DNA from: Trichosphaerium sp. ATCC 40318
Lineage: Eukaryota; Protista; Tubulinea
Reading direction: 5' to 3'
DNA: 64,000 nt
Assembly (NCBI GenBank): GCA_038496445.1
Contig: JALMLS010000027.1
Location: 62,001 to 126,000, forward strand
Shown here: positions 13,878-25,359 of the stretch, piece after piece
Numbering within the stretch: the first letter of the stretch is position 1
Layout: each line of letters starts with the position of its first letter
Notes under the pieces: generated by a model
What the model saw: the letters and a program-made list of their open reading frames with translations, nothing else
The model's database searches: none
What the model was told of the DNA's origin: nothing
Made by a program: the position numbers and the translations under genes

Positions 13878-16800
13878 ATGTGGCATTCAACTCTCGTTTT
13901 GTTAATCAAGGTCTTGATGAGACATGTTTACTTACGATTGACTTGCTACAATGTCACAACGCGCTGTCAATATGTCATAGGTACTTTGCACGCTCCTTCC
14001 TGTTTACATACGCTTTTTAGTTATCTGATGTTTAAAAAGGTTACATAAACGCTTGGTTACTTGTAGAAACGTAGCTTAAGCTGTTTTAATGTATATACAT
14101 GCGCGTACAGCTTAAATATCAAAATAAACCATCAGGCTACTGGAAAGATATCAAAAACCAGCGTTATGCGCTTGGCCGTGTCGCTGCTACTCTTAAAATT
14201 TTTCACACCAGAAACTGGTATAATGTAACAAAGGATACGCTAGTACGTACAGGAGCAGCGTCAGTTTTAAAATAGTACGTTTTTTAACGTTTAATGTGAA
14301 CTGCTTAACCGCCTAATGCTGTAGCTACAACTACTCAGTTTCTAGATGCCTGCAAGCAGTATACCCAGATGTCACATGGAACATAGAGAACTTCAGGTGC
14401 GTAAACGCCCAAAGCAAGCTTTCAAAACTTTTTGTTTTTTTCATAATTTCTGTTGTTATTGTTGTGGGTTTTACGCTTCTAATATGCTCACAAATAGGCA
14501 CACACCACGTAAATACCTTCATAGTAAATACAACCAACGAAAGACATTCGATTTTATTGCTCAGAAGCTTAACCTTGTGGACCTTGACGCGTGGTACTCT
14601 GTGACAGTTGCAGATATTCACAAACATGGTGGTGGTGCTATTTTGCAATTGTACGCACGTGATTTCTCATGGGCACGGGTATTAATTGTTACTCGTGTAG
14701 GTATGGTAACTCCTTATCACAAGGTTTGCAGTCGCTGTACCCTGAGCGCGAATGGCACCCATGGAAGTTTAAGTAATGATGACTTGGTTTAGGCAGCTTT
14801 TCTGACCTTTTCTACAAATAGGCAATCTCCCACGGGTTATTGGCAGGACATTCGCAATCAAAGACGAGCTTTAGATGCTCTTGGTCATAAACTAAATGTA
14901 AAGGAGCTTGATGGTTGGTACAAAATATCTCATTTAGAAATGGCTTCAGGGTTAGGAGGTGTCTTAGTCCACTAGTACGTTAAGACCTCTCCCTTTGTAC
15001 TTCTTATTGGTCTTATAGTTATGACAACTCTTTATTAAAGTGTCTAAAGGCACTGTACCCGCAAAAAGAATGGAAGTATTGGCTATTCAAGTGCGTTGTT
15101 TAATTCTTGTAAAGATTTAATCTTCATGATAGAGGCACCCCCAGAGGTTATAATGGCGATCTACAAACTCAAAGAGAGACATTCAATGATATTGCGGAAC
15201 GTATGGATATAAAAGAGTTGGATGATTGGTACAGCATTAGAGCTTCAAGTTTACCCGAGTTTAGAGGTGCTGGCATTCTATCCAACTTGTACGAATAATT
15301 TTTTATCTTCCTCTTCTCACATATTCACAGATATGGTGACTCTCTTTCAGAATGTCTCGAGACTCTGTATCCCAATCATGACTGGAAACTTTGGTTTTTT
15401 GGGTGAGTGTTAGTGTTGTATTGCTTTATTTCCGATTTTTATTGTGCTCTTACTTTTGTTGTTAGACGAGCTCCTACTCAGTACTGGAATGTAAATAATT
15501 TAAAGAGGCTTGTTTTTGATATATCTAATATACTCAAAATAAAAGATGCTGGAGACTGGAGTACAATAAGCCCGGCCACTCTAAAAGATATGAATATGAC
15601 ATTTGCTTTGCATGCTTTAACAAGGTAAATGATTATCCAACATGTTGGTTTTTTCTTTGTCTCTTTGAACGACAACCAGGTTGCAATGTGTTAATTTTTT
15701 TCATTTCTAGATTTGGGTCTGTTGAAAAGACACTTGAAGTTCTGTTTCCAAATGCTATCTGGGACCAAGAATTTGATGTGCTTTGGCAAGAATCTGTATC
15801 AACAAAGAAACATACTTCATCATTCCGTTCTAAAAGACAGAAACGTGTCATACCTAATGCTAAGTTCTGGCTTAAGCAAGAAAATCCATTAAGGTTTTTG
15901 AAGAATGTTCAAAAGAGATTACGCATAACTGAACCCTCCATGTGGTACTCTTTTTTTCTTGTTTTTCAACACAAAAAATGACCATGCTGCTACTATTTTC
16001 TTTTTGTATAACTGCGGTTGATCCTTTTTTTGACTTGGAATTCATTCTTACAAGAATTCAAGGTATCATGTGTCTCTTGGCCAGCTGGAGAACTTTGTAG
16101 GTGGATCTGGTATAGTAAGATACTGTTGGCCTCATGCTCTTCGTCTAGTTGAACCAAACTTTCCTTGGGTTTGGCAACGCTTTGATAACACAATAAGTAA
16201 ACAAGCTCAACAAAGGTATGTGTTAAAAGTACATATTGGAAACTTACAGGAACGATTTTAGATTGCTTTACCGAAGAATAAAAACTATTTTCCCTGAGTC
16301 TCAAGTCCGTCAAGAAGCGACTATTGATTTATCTGAAAATCGTCAATGGATAGTATCTGTTGATATACTAGTGCCTTTCTATAATATTGCTATTGAGTAT
16401 CAAGGTAAGCACTCAAGGCACTTTTTTACAAAAATCAACCTGAATGATTTTGGACATTGTTGAGCAATTTTGAACCTGCTCTGTTGGACTTGCAGCTCTG
16501 GGTTTTTATATATTATTTAGGTCAGCAACATTACGATGATGTCTATGCTTGGCACTCTTCTGAAAAGCAGAAAATACTTGATGCTCAAAAGAGTCAACAA
16601 TGTGCTGATGTAGGAGTAAGACTTGTACCTATTCCATATTGGTGGCGTGGTGATACAGCTTCATTACTAGCAACGTTGAACTATTACTGTCCTGATCTTC
16701 AGTTATATGTACCTGTAGGTGCAAAGCCTCTTCTAGATGAACTCCAGAGTGAAAGCGAATCAGGTACGTATCATTAGGACAAGGCTTAGCCTGTTTCTGA

Positions 16801-16889
16801 ATCTCGATCTCAAAATTGCTTTTACTAAAGTCTTCCTTTTTGTAGGTGACAGCAGATTAATGAAGCCCACTGAGATCCTGCTCTGTTAG
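13878..16889 (+). CDS. Protein with ~6 tandem ~75-aa Trp-rich helical repeats and a C-terminal PD-(D/E)xK (Vsr/DUF559/RAP-like) nuclease domain; possible organellar targeting peptide
   Basis: The repeat consensus PxGYWxxxxNQRxxLDxxxxxLxIxxLDxWYxVxxxxxxxxGGxxILxxYxxSLxxxLxxLYPxxxWxxWxF can be read across successive exons. C-terminal motif: VDILVPFYNIAIEYQG/QQHYDD...DAQKSQQCADVGVRLVPIPYWW. Start and stop are tentative. Confidence 0.75.
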
Positions 16890-17051
16890 TAGTAACCTGT
16901 TACGTTTGTATCTAATGTAAATAGTCAATAAATGCATGACGTGAACATGTTAAAGACGAAGACGATAGAAGACTGTACAACACCTTGGAACTACCAGTTT
17001 ATTTTTTCTACACTTTTTTGTAGTCATACGAGATATCTCCCCGAGTATGGA

Positions 17052-17940
17052 TTATGGTTCCCAACTATCACGTGATGCTGTATCGTATATACCACTTTTA
17101 CCTACTAGATGTGAAAAAATAGGCATAACATAGTCATCCAAGTTGTTAAGAGTCCAATCTTTTTTTCTGTTTTTCTTGATTGCTTTGTAGAAAATCGACA
17201 TGCCATGCTTAATAACAGGTTGCCATATCACGGAACTAATGCAATTGTAGCAAGAGCCCGGTAGGTGGTCCGAAGCTGAATAAGTTAAGTTAGAGAGACT
17301 TTCTTCAAATTCTTTCCAATGAGCTTTTTCTTCCTCAGTTTTGCAAAAGTCATCCATTGTGTATGTATCATCATAGTCATCAGAAAATTTTTTCAAAAAT
17401 GATAGTTTATCCTCAATCGAAGAGAAAGGAGGCTTTGATAGTCCTTCGTTTATGATGGTAAACGCCCAGTCTTTTTTAAGTATAAGTGTATATATCTGTT
17501 CTATTGTTATACGAGCTTCCTTTCTATCTGGCCGTGGGCCACGCTCCATTCTCGAAGCTAAGAAAAATATCAGAAAAAAAAACCTAAAACAGGGCGTCAC
17601 ATGTTTGCAACCAAACAACCTTCGAACGAGTTTAAGAACCTGTACGAAAGTGGAAAAACAGAAAGTACGTACTTGGCTCACGTGCTTTATAAGTAAACTT
17701 GTTATCAATACAAGTGAGATATTCCGTCAAGTTGACGTGAGGGTACAATCCGAAAAAGAAGTCTGACCATAATTTTTTCTTATTGTTGATGTAGATATCA
17801 TACAGTAACTTATTGGCGCTACTGAAACGTATCACTGTTTCAATTGGCGCTGCTTCCATACATAAAAGAAGTACTTCAGGCGGTAACGTCACAATAAGGC
17901 GATTTGAGCTCATAGACTGTTTTAATTGTTCTAACGCCAT
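17052..17940 (-). CDS. F-box-like domain hypothetical protein (2 exons)
   Basis: N-terminal LIVTLPPEVLLLCME...RFSSANKLLY...LW pattern. ORFs 17632..17940 and 17052..17708 can be joined through a GTACG intron. Confidence 0.55.
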
Positions 17941-18809
17941 TAGTAAGGTTTACGACGGTTGAGATGTACCGTTACCGTTGCTAGTAGCTTTGTGTTTTAC
18001 CCTGCGCTTTATTTTTATCACTTTCCGCCCTTTTCTGTTGGAACTAGCTGTATTGCGCTTCTTCGGTGGCATTTAGTTAAATTGTGTTTAATTCGCGCCA
18101 CTAAGCGACCGTAAGGAACAAAATCATTTCCAGGAATTCTCAACGAACTGTTACTTTTTGAAATGCGCTCAGTGCCAGTAGTCGCACTAAAGGGTTGACA
18201 TTTTGACAAGTTTTCAAAGATAATAGGGTACCGTCCTCTAATTTCACTACTTAGATTTTAGCCCGTCCTCTTGTTTTACTAGTTAGACTATGCACATCCT
18301 CTTATTTTTGATTAGATCATTGGCAGCGTACTTTTCACAATCACGTGTTTTAGAAACTATTGCCATTCTGTTAACAGTAATTTAAACGCAAACAACCATA
18401 GATCCTAATCAGTGAAGGCTATTTGACCTAACTACTGTTACAACAATGCCTAGACAGTAGGCCCTTTAATTTGGGGCACTCTGAAGTGAGCCTATTTTTT
18501 TTTGCGATTTTATTGTTGCAACCCAAATTTTCAATGCCCTTAACAGGTCTTCATTGTCAGCCGCTTCATTACATAGCAGTTTTGTCTCAAAGAAACCTCA
18601 GATACCACTGTCTATATTTTGTGTAAATAGAATAGGACTTGTGTGAGTAAATCGTGGCGTAGTCTTTAAAAAAAAGAGTTGGGACGCAATTTGTTACAGC
18701 AAACGAAAAAGCACGTCAAGCACTTCTGCGGCCAAGTTATATTATTATATTACAATATGTGCGTGGTAGGTGGTATTTTTACACAAGATAAGTGAGTAAG
18801 TACATTGTA

Positions 18810-20936
18810 CTACCAACTATTCTTGCTGTCTTGTGGTATAGCATAGACATTGTCATCTAAATCTTCATGTGGAATGTACAAGTCTTCAGGAAATCCAGTT
18901 GCCATATCAGTACCTATGACGGCACCTACCATAAACTCTGCTACTATCCAGTCACCATATCGTGTATTATTTTGTCTTTTTTTCCTAGCTCTCTAAAGCA
19001 CAAACTTTTAGTATAAAGTTGCTTGAAAAGATTGATTCTAACTTACCATTGAATCACTTTCATCATCACTACTGTCTTCAGTATCACTACTATCATCACT
19101 CATATCGCTTTCATACTCACTACTATCATCACTATCATCACTGTCATCACTATCGTCTTCATCACTGCTATCTTCATTATTGCTATCGTCACTTCCATAC
19201 GAATCGCTCATTTCAACATCATTATCACTAAAGTTCTCATCTTCTCTTTCCGGTAACATTCTTGTTTTTACAGCCTGTATTATTTCTGTTGCCTTTTTTA
19301 TAACTTGTGGGTTATACTCACGAGTAGTAATCAATTGTAAAACATCGAATATATACTGATTAGGTCGAGCAAGAGAAGCTGCAATAATTTGTCTTGTAGG
19401 TAAATAAAACTTTTCTTTTGGAATAGGAAGAGCATTAACAATAAAATCTACCCAACAATGTACAAGAGAACATATATACTCTTTCTGATCTTGTTCTATA
19501 GAATCATCTGAACACGTGCCTAAACAATTTTTAATGGAAAAACGAAACAAAAAAAAACTAAACTCAACATGAACTATTCAAAAATGCAGTTGAAGCGCTT
19601 CACAGTGAGCTAACATTTGGATGAATTTGTTCCACATATTTTTAGTGGTATGAAGTGTCGTGCATCACAAGATAAAAGAATCTGCGTACGGTGTAATAAT
19701 CTTGTGAATTGCTGAAATAAAGAAGCAAAGAACATTTTCCATTTCATCCCAAAGGTTTTCAATAACGGACCCCACATGTTTGCAAGTCTATCAGGTAATC
19801 GAGAAAATACCTTTTTTGTTTGTATTAGCATTACATAGAACGAGCAACATACACTATTCTAAACATACTCTATATGCACCTCTCTTTCTTGGAAAGAGGT
19901 TATCATCGTATAAAAGTGAAGGCACTAAGAATTGATGTATGAAATGCTGACAACTGCCTACTATGACCTTGAGGGCATCCAATGATTCCTTCACCTATAG
20001 TAGTACATCAGAGAGGTATAAAAGAGGGGTGAAGTAAACAGTATGTTGATATAACGATTAAAAAGAAGCGTGCCTTTGTTTGGTACTTCTCAAATCGCTC
20101 ATCACTTAGCGCGTGGCTGTTCTTATCAGTGAGGGCCTTTTTCATTGCACGATATCGTCTTAAGAGCTGACATATTTCTGTACCTTTATCAGTAAATACA
20201 CTAGCTTGACGCTTCCAATAATGTTCTTCTAACGCATTAAGAGCATGTGGTAATGCTAAAAAGATCTAGTCAATTTTCTATTTCATTTTTTCAATCTAGT
20301 TGTTACCTTTGTCAAACATGGCTTCTGACGGCAAGTCTCCATATGCAATGGCCTGCCTACAGGATAACACGTGTACATGGGATTCAGAAAATCCATCTGG
20401 CGGTTCTTCTTGTCCAAAGGTGCTTCAAGGAGTAAGAGAAGAGTTGCGATTAGAAGGCACTAAGTTGCTTTGTTGGCAGAGTGACACTCGGCAAAACGTT
20501 TAGGTACGCGATAATACTTTAATTCTAACATGTACGCGTGCTGAACCGAAAAGCATACCAGTCTGCTCCACGCATGATTATTAATGCTTTGCTTAGAGAC
20601 GAATGGTGCATAGATGATCTCTCCATCCAACAATCTTCTTCTGTATTGGCTTCTTCACGTAGTTTCTGTTATAAATTAACAATAATTTACAATAACGCTA
20701 TATTACGTGTACTATTCTCGCTGTGTTGGATATGGCGGCGTCTAGGCGCTTTCCGGCTCTAGATTCCCATGCCTTTATCTATTGACCGTCAGATGTAATA
20801 CACGTTATTAACGTACGCGCTCAAGAGCAAATACTTGGTCTTCGCCTAATTCTGAGTATAATTTCTTGTACACTTCATTGTATTCCTGCCATGACACCCA
20901 CGGCGTGCAAGCAAGCTTGGACGTGTAGTATTGCAT
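18810..20936 (-). CDS. LAS1: Las1-like pre-rRNA ITS2 endonuclease (HEPN)
   Basis: Spliced N-terminus MQYYTSKLACTPWVSWQEYNEVYKKLYS...ALER/IKAWESRAGKRLDAAISNTARIV, later ALNALEEHYWKRQ. These match the Las1 PWxxWxEW...AWxxR and YWxxQ motifs. An acidic tract lies near the C-terminus. Confidence 0.75.
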
Positions 20937-21192
20937 CTTTTAAAAACAGGAAACAATCAATAATAAAGAATCTGAACTACCAACTTTGACTGACGTTTCT
21001 GACCGTCAACTTCGACGACAGTAATTAGCTTAACACATTACACAAGAGCATTGACGGCTAACGGAAAATCACTCATGGGTTCACGTAAAATACTCAGGAA
21101 AGCATACGCAAAAAACACAAAAGTGTAAAACTCGCATAAAAAAAACTCTTACATAATCAAAAGAGCTTGACGAGAGTAAATAGCGCACTGAT

Positions 21193-21896
21193 ATGGCATC
21201 CACACAATCTACAATTAACTTTACGCATCCGTTACCTAAAACGCGAACAAGCTTCTTAGCAATAATGTTACCGCCCGAATTATGGCCTACAGTACAACCT
21301 CTACGCGTAAACGCAGTCGCTAATCACCTTAAAAATGTACCACACATTACCTTGCTTGATCCCTTTGTAGAACACCCGTATGTACCTATAATTACCCTCT
21401 TCACATTTTTGACTGTGTTTTAGGTATTTTGAGCACGCTGCAGGATTGTTACGAGAAGAGCTAAAACAGATAAAGCCGTTCGAAATAAGACTTACAAAGT
21501 TCGGTTTCTTTAAAGCAGGGACTTACTTTCTAGCACCAAGATCGAAACCATTGAACGCCCTCGGTCAACTTCAAAAGGCTTGCCAAAACGTCTTTCCATA
21601 CTGCGACGAGGTGTCTAAGATATCACCTTCAGGATTCAAACCACATCTCACAATGGGTAGAGCAGGGTAAACTTTTGCAAACATGAAAATCTTCTAACTT
21701 TTGGCAATCTAGGAAAAATGAAGTCGCAAATACTGTAAAGCGTATGAGCGTAAGATGGAAACCAGTCAACTTTACAGTAAAAGAGATTGTAATCATAAGC
21801 AGGGTAAAACCAGGACCTTACGAAGTTAGACAAACTATTTCTTTGGGTGAAGAAGAAACAAACCCACTATTTCCAAATGTACCTGTTGTTGTTTAA
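21193..21896 (+). CDS. 2H phosphoesterase (2'-5' RNA ligase/LENG9-like superfamily)
   Basis: Two H-x-T motifs (PHITL and FKPHLTMG). Three exons; TAA at 21894-21896. Confidence 0.85.
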
Positions 21897-21996
21897 TAAT
21901 AAAAATTATACTATGTGTAGCATAAACACGCAAATGTACATCACGTGCATAAAACGTGATTCATTTATTTTATTAACAAGTTGGGTTTGAGTAATT

Positions 21997-22786
21997 TTAT
22001 ATGGTAACTGCTTCGACAGTGTTTATCTCTAGGGATGCAGGTCCGGATTGCTTTACAGGCAAGAAGACACCTCCGGCAATTCTGAAACCAAACTCTCTGA
22101 GTCTAGCAGTGTTCAATGGCGGAGCATCAGGATCAGGAACGCCTAAAGATTTAGTCAATATTTTTGTTTTTAAACCTTGCGGGAAATAGCCGGCGTACCT
22201 CGCACGATTGCTACAAATTGGTCCAATGGGAATAAAACATCCTGGAACTCTTCGTTTGGAAGGGTAAAAAATGTTTGGTAGGAGTTATCTTGGTTCTGTG
22301 CTTCTAGGACAATAGAGTATCTCTTGCTCTCTCCTTGCGCTCTTAAGTTTATTTTCAAGTGCGTATAATGTGAAAGGTTCCACCATACTTTTCTGTGTCT
22401 ACTAGCAAAAGCAGCACCGTCTAATTTATTGGTTAGTCACGTGACGCATAACGGGACAATTTCGTTGGTTTATTTTAACCAAAAAAAGTTTTTCTTTACT
22501 TACTTGGTAGAGGGTTTAGTAAAGAGAAGAACACTGCGCGCTTGGTGGTTTGCGTTTGTTGCGTTGCTATTACGGCAAAAGATTGTCCTAAACAGAGTTT
22601 AGAGCGTGTCTTTTTTACTTAAAGGTAGAAATTCTAAAGTATCGTACCTTCCTCTCTTACTGTGTCTGAAACTTCAAACCAACGGAAGCTCAATATACTG
22701 TATCTGTTAAAGTCGAGTAACATACGACTGGAGGCGTTTACGACGCATACTAGAACAAGGAGGCAAAGTATTTGACTTGCTTTCAT
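21997..22786 (-). CDS. Secreted CIA30-like domain protein
   Basis: Signal peptide MKASQILCLLVLVCVVNA, then LLDF...WFEVSDTVREEG.S...GAAFAS...NLSHYTHLKINLRAQG...YQTFF...VLFPLDQFVAIVRG...APPLNTARLREFGFRIAGG...SGPASLEINTVEA, which is the CIA30 pattern. Confidence 0.75.
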
Positions 22787-23218
22787 CTTGGTGTAGAACA
22801 AAATTATGAACTTATTCTTTAAACGAAAAACTGCGTTGCTTGCACACTCAAAGCACATTTCAGTACACAGTGTGCTTCTTAGCCTTTCCGAACTCGCAGG
22901 AAACAGTAGAAGCAAAAAATAAGATGAAATTGGAAATTTCGAAAAACTGAAAACAGCTAGCGTGTGGGAAGCAGATTTTTGGCGACGTTTCGCCATACCA
23001 ACTTTCACGTTATTAAATCCACATATCGAAAGTATTGACGTTTTGTGTCACAGTCGTTTTAGTTTTGTAGGGCTAAAATAGAAAAAAAAACGTGACAGTG
23101 CGTTTTTAGAAAATATCTAAAAAATATTGAAATTCCAAAACTAGAGTCATAAGGGTTACAACATGAGGTTGAGGAAGTTATGATATTCTGTATTTGTTTG
23201 GTATTTTTAACTTGTATT

Positions 23219-25330
23219 TTATTTTGCTATTTTACAACGATATAAATTACTACTTGTAGCAATAAAAAGATAACAACCATCACGTGTTATATCATAACAC
23301 GAGTTTTTATCATCAAAAGTAACATTAAATTTCAGCCTAGCAAGTGTGTTTGTATCCGAATACCACTTGAATACGCGGTTACAAGATGTAACAAGCAAAA
23401 TGTAGTCAATCTCACCGTTGTCACTCCCTATGATAGTAAAATTTCTGCAGTATCCCCAATAGTCGTTTGGCAACACGTGCAATAACCTAAGCCTCTTTTC
23501 ATTAAGACTACTATTACCATCATCTCCGAACCAATTAAAGATTTTTACATTCATATCCATACAATCAAATGCAACCATCTTATTTCCATAAAACTTTACA
23601 ACATCAAGGTACACTCCATCCCATTTTTTACGCCACTTAGTCTTATAATCTCCTTCGCAAACAAAATATCCACAGGTACTTTGAGAATAAAAAAATAAAC
23701 ACCCAGAAGGTGTTACACCCAAAACATTACAATACAGGGCTGAAACTAAATAAGGCTTTTTTTGCAAAAGCCTTTTTTTTGCCACCAAATACAGCCTTAT
23801 TTTTCACCAAATTGCCTTGTTTTTGCCAAAAAAAATGAGCAAATATGAGGCATTGCCTTGTAATTTTGGGCTTTGGAGCCTCATATTTGGGCCAAATAGC
23901 AAGCAACTGGTTCACTAATTAGCCTTAAAATAGCCTGCATTGTTGGTCCAATAATGCCTCATTTTTAGTGCAACAATAAGGCATTTTTGCCCTCAATTTT
24001 TGGGCATAACTCAGGCACCATATACTCATAAAACAAGGCTTTATATAGGCATACAATAGTGATTCATTTATTAAAGTACAGTACACAAAACACAAAAAAT
24101 TCAATGTCCTCCATGTGAAAAAAAACCTTTAGCTAGAAAAAAAAATTAACAAATTATTGGCATAATTTTCGCGGACTGGAAAAATGCTTCAAAGTACCTA
24201 TACTCCTTGTGTAGGTGCATTTGGGTGCTGCGGTTCGAATGGCGGTGGTTTTGTTAGAATCTATAAAATACTAAGAGCGTGGTGACGTCGTCTATATAAA
24301 ACGTCAGTAGTAAATGAAAAAAAATGTTTAGGAAGTGTTGGTGTGGTGGAGACTTACCTTAAACCAATGTATCCTTAATGTACAATGTGTACACAACCAA
24401 TGCCTAATTGGTGCCTGTAAATTTAAGGCTGGCAATGCATAAAAAAACTAGGGCAGGCATTGCCTAAAAAAAACAAGGCATTGCAACAATTAAGGCATTG
24501 CCCAACAAAGCTTTATTTCAATGCCTGATTTTTGCCTTTTCTGCCATTGCCTTTGCAAAATCAGGCATTGCCATTTTTGCATGCCTGATTTTTGCCATCA
24601 ATGCCTGATTTTAAAAAAATGCCTTCAATTTAAGGCAAAGCCTTGTTTAGTTTCACAAATTGTACAATGGGAAGCAAGATCAAGGTATCTCCATTTAGAA
24701 GGTAAAACATGAGGTAGGAAAAACTTGGTGCCATAATTCAGGAACAAAAATTCTTGGCTCTTTTGTGTCTTGATTTATTTTCAAGCTTCTATTGTGAAAG
24801 GCCAATACTTTTCAAAAAAAGAGGAGCAAAATAAGTAAGTACTGGTTTTTCACTTAGCATAACTGGACTTCATTGGCGGCTCTCACAATATTATTCTACA
24901 TAGTTGGTAGAGTTTTAGAGCGGAACATTTGCTGGGGTTTCTTTTTAGTGCTATTACAAGTGATTGGGTTAGGGTTTAGAGGTGTCGATTTTATCATTTT
25001 CGAATTCTAAAGTATACTCCTCTTTACTGAGTTGAAAGTTAAAGCAACGTTGTCAATATACTGTTTTGGTTTAAAACAGTATGAACGCACTGGAGGCGTT
25101 GCGACAAAAAAACAAGTATGCAAATATTTGAGGCGTTGACATGGTTTAGAACAAAATTTGAAAGCAACCCAAATCTGCATTGCTTCAAGTAAAGTCATTT
25201 CATACACAGAAAGCTCTTACCATGCGTATATTCAAACGCTTTAATCCAGGAACTTAAACACATTAAGATTACCATTGGCAATTTCATTTCTAAAACAGCT
25301 AGGTGGGAAGGATTTTTGGCAAGTTCCATC
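23219..25330 (-). pseudogene. Intronless gene with a possible F-box-like N-terminus, frameshifted and interrupted by a MITE
   Basis: The 3' part is open (ORF 23219..~23734). 5' fragments lie in different frames (25195..25383 KLPMVILMCLSSW; 25007..25207). An element is inserted at 23735-24662. Confidence 0.5.
23735..24662. mobile_element. Non-autonomous DNA transposon (MITE-like), ~928 bp
   Basis: TGAAACTAAATAAGGCTTT (23741-23759) matches the reverse complement of 24637-24655 at 18/19 positions. The ends are CA...TG, each flanked by TA (23733-34, 24663-64). There are many subterminal AGGCATTGCC/ATGCCTGATTTT motifs. Close similarity to the uninterrupted paralogue (ATTACAATAC at ~26021) breaks at the left end. 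Confidence 0.7.
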
Positions 25331-25359
25331 ATAACAATTACAATTGTTATTAAATATGT

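Noticed and set aside
19019-19231. His-rich ORF on the + strand
   Set aside because: It is the antisense shadow of the Asp/Ser-rich (GAT/AGT) tract of LAS1.
23727-24712. ORFs 23727..23915 and 24521..24712, and the first ~18 codons of ORF 23219..23788
   Set aside because: They derive from the repetitive arms of the MITE and show no transposase motifs.
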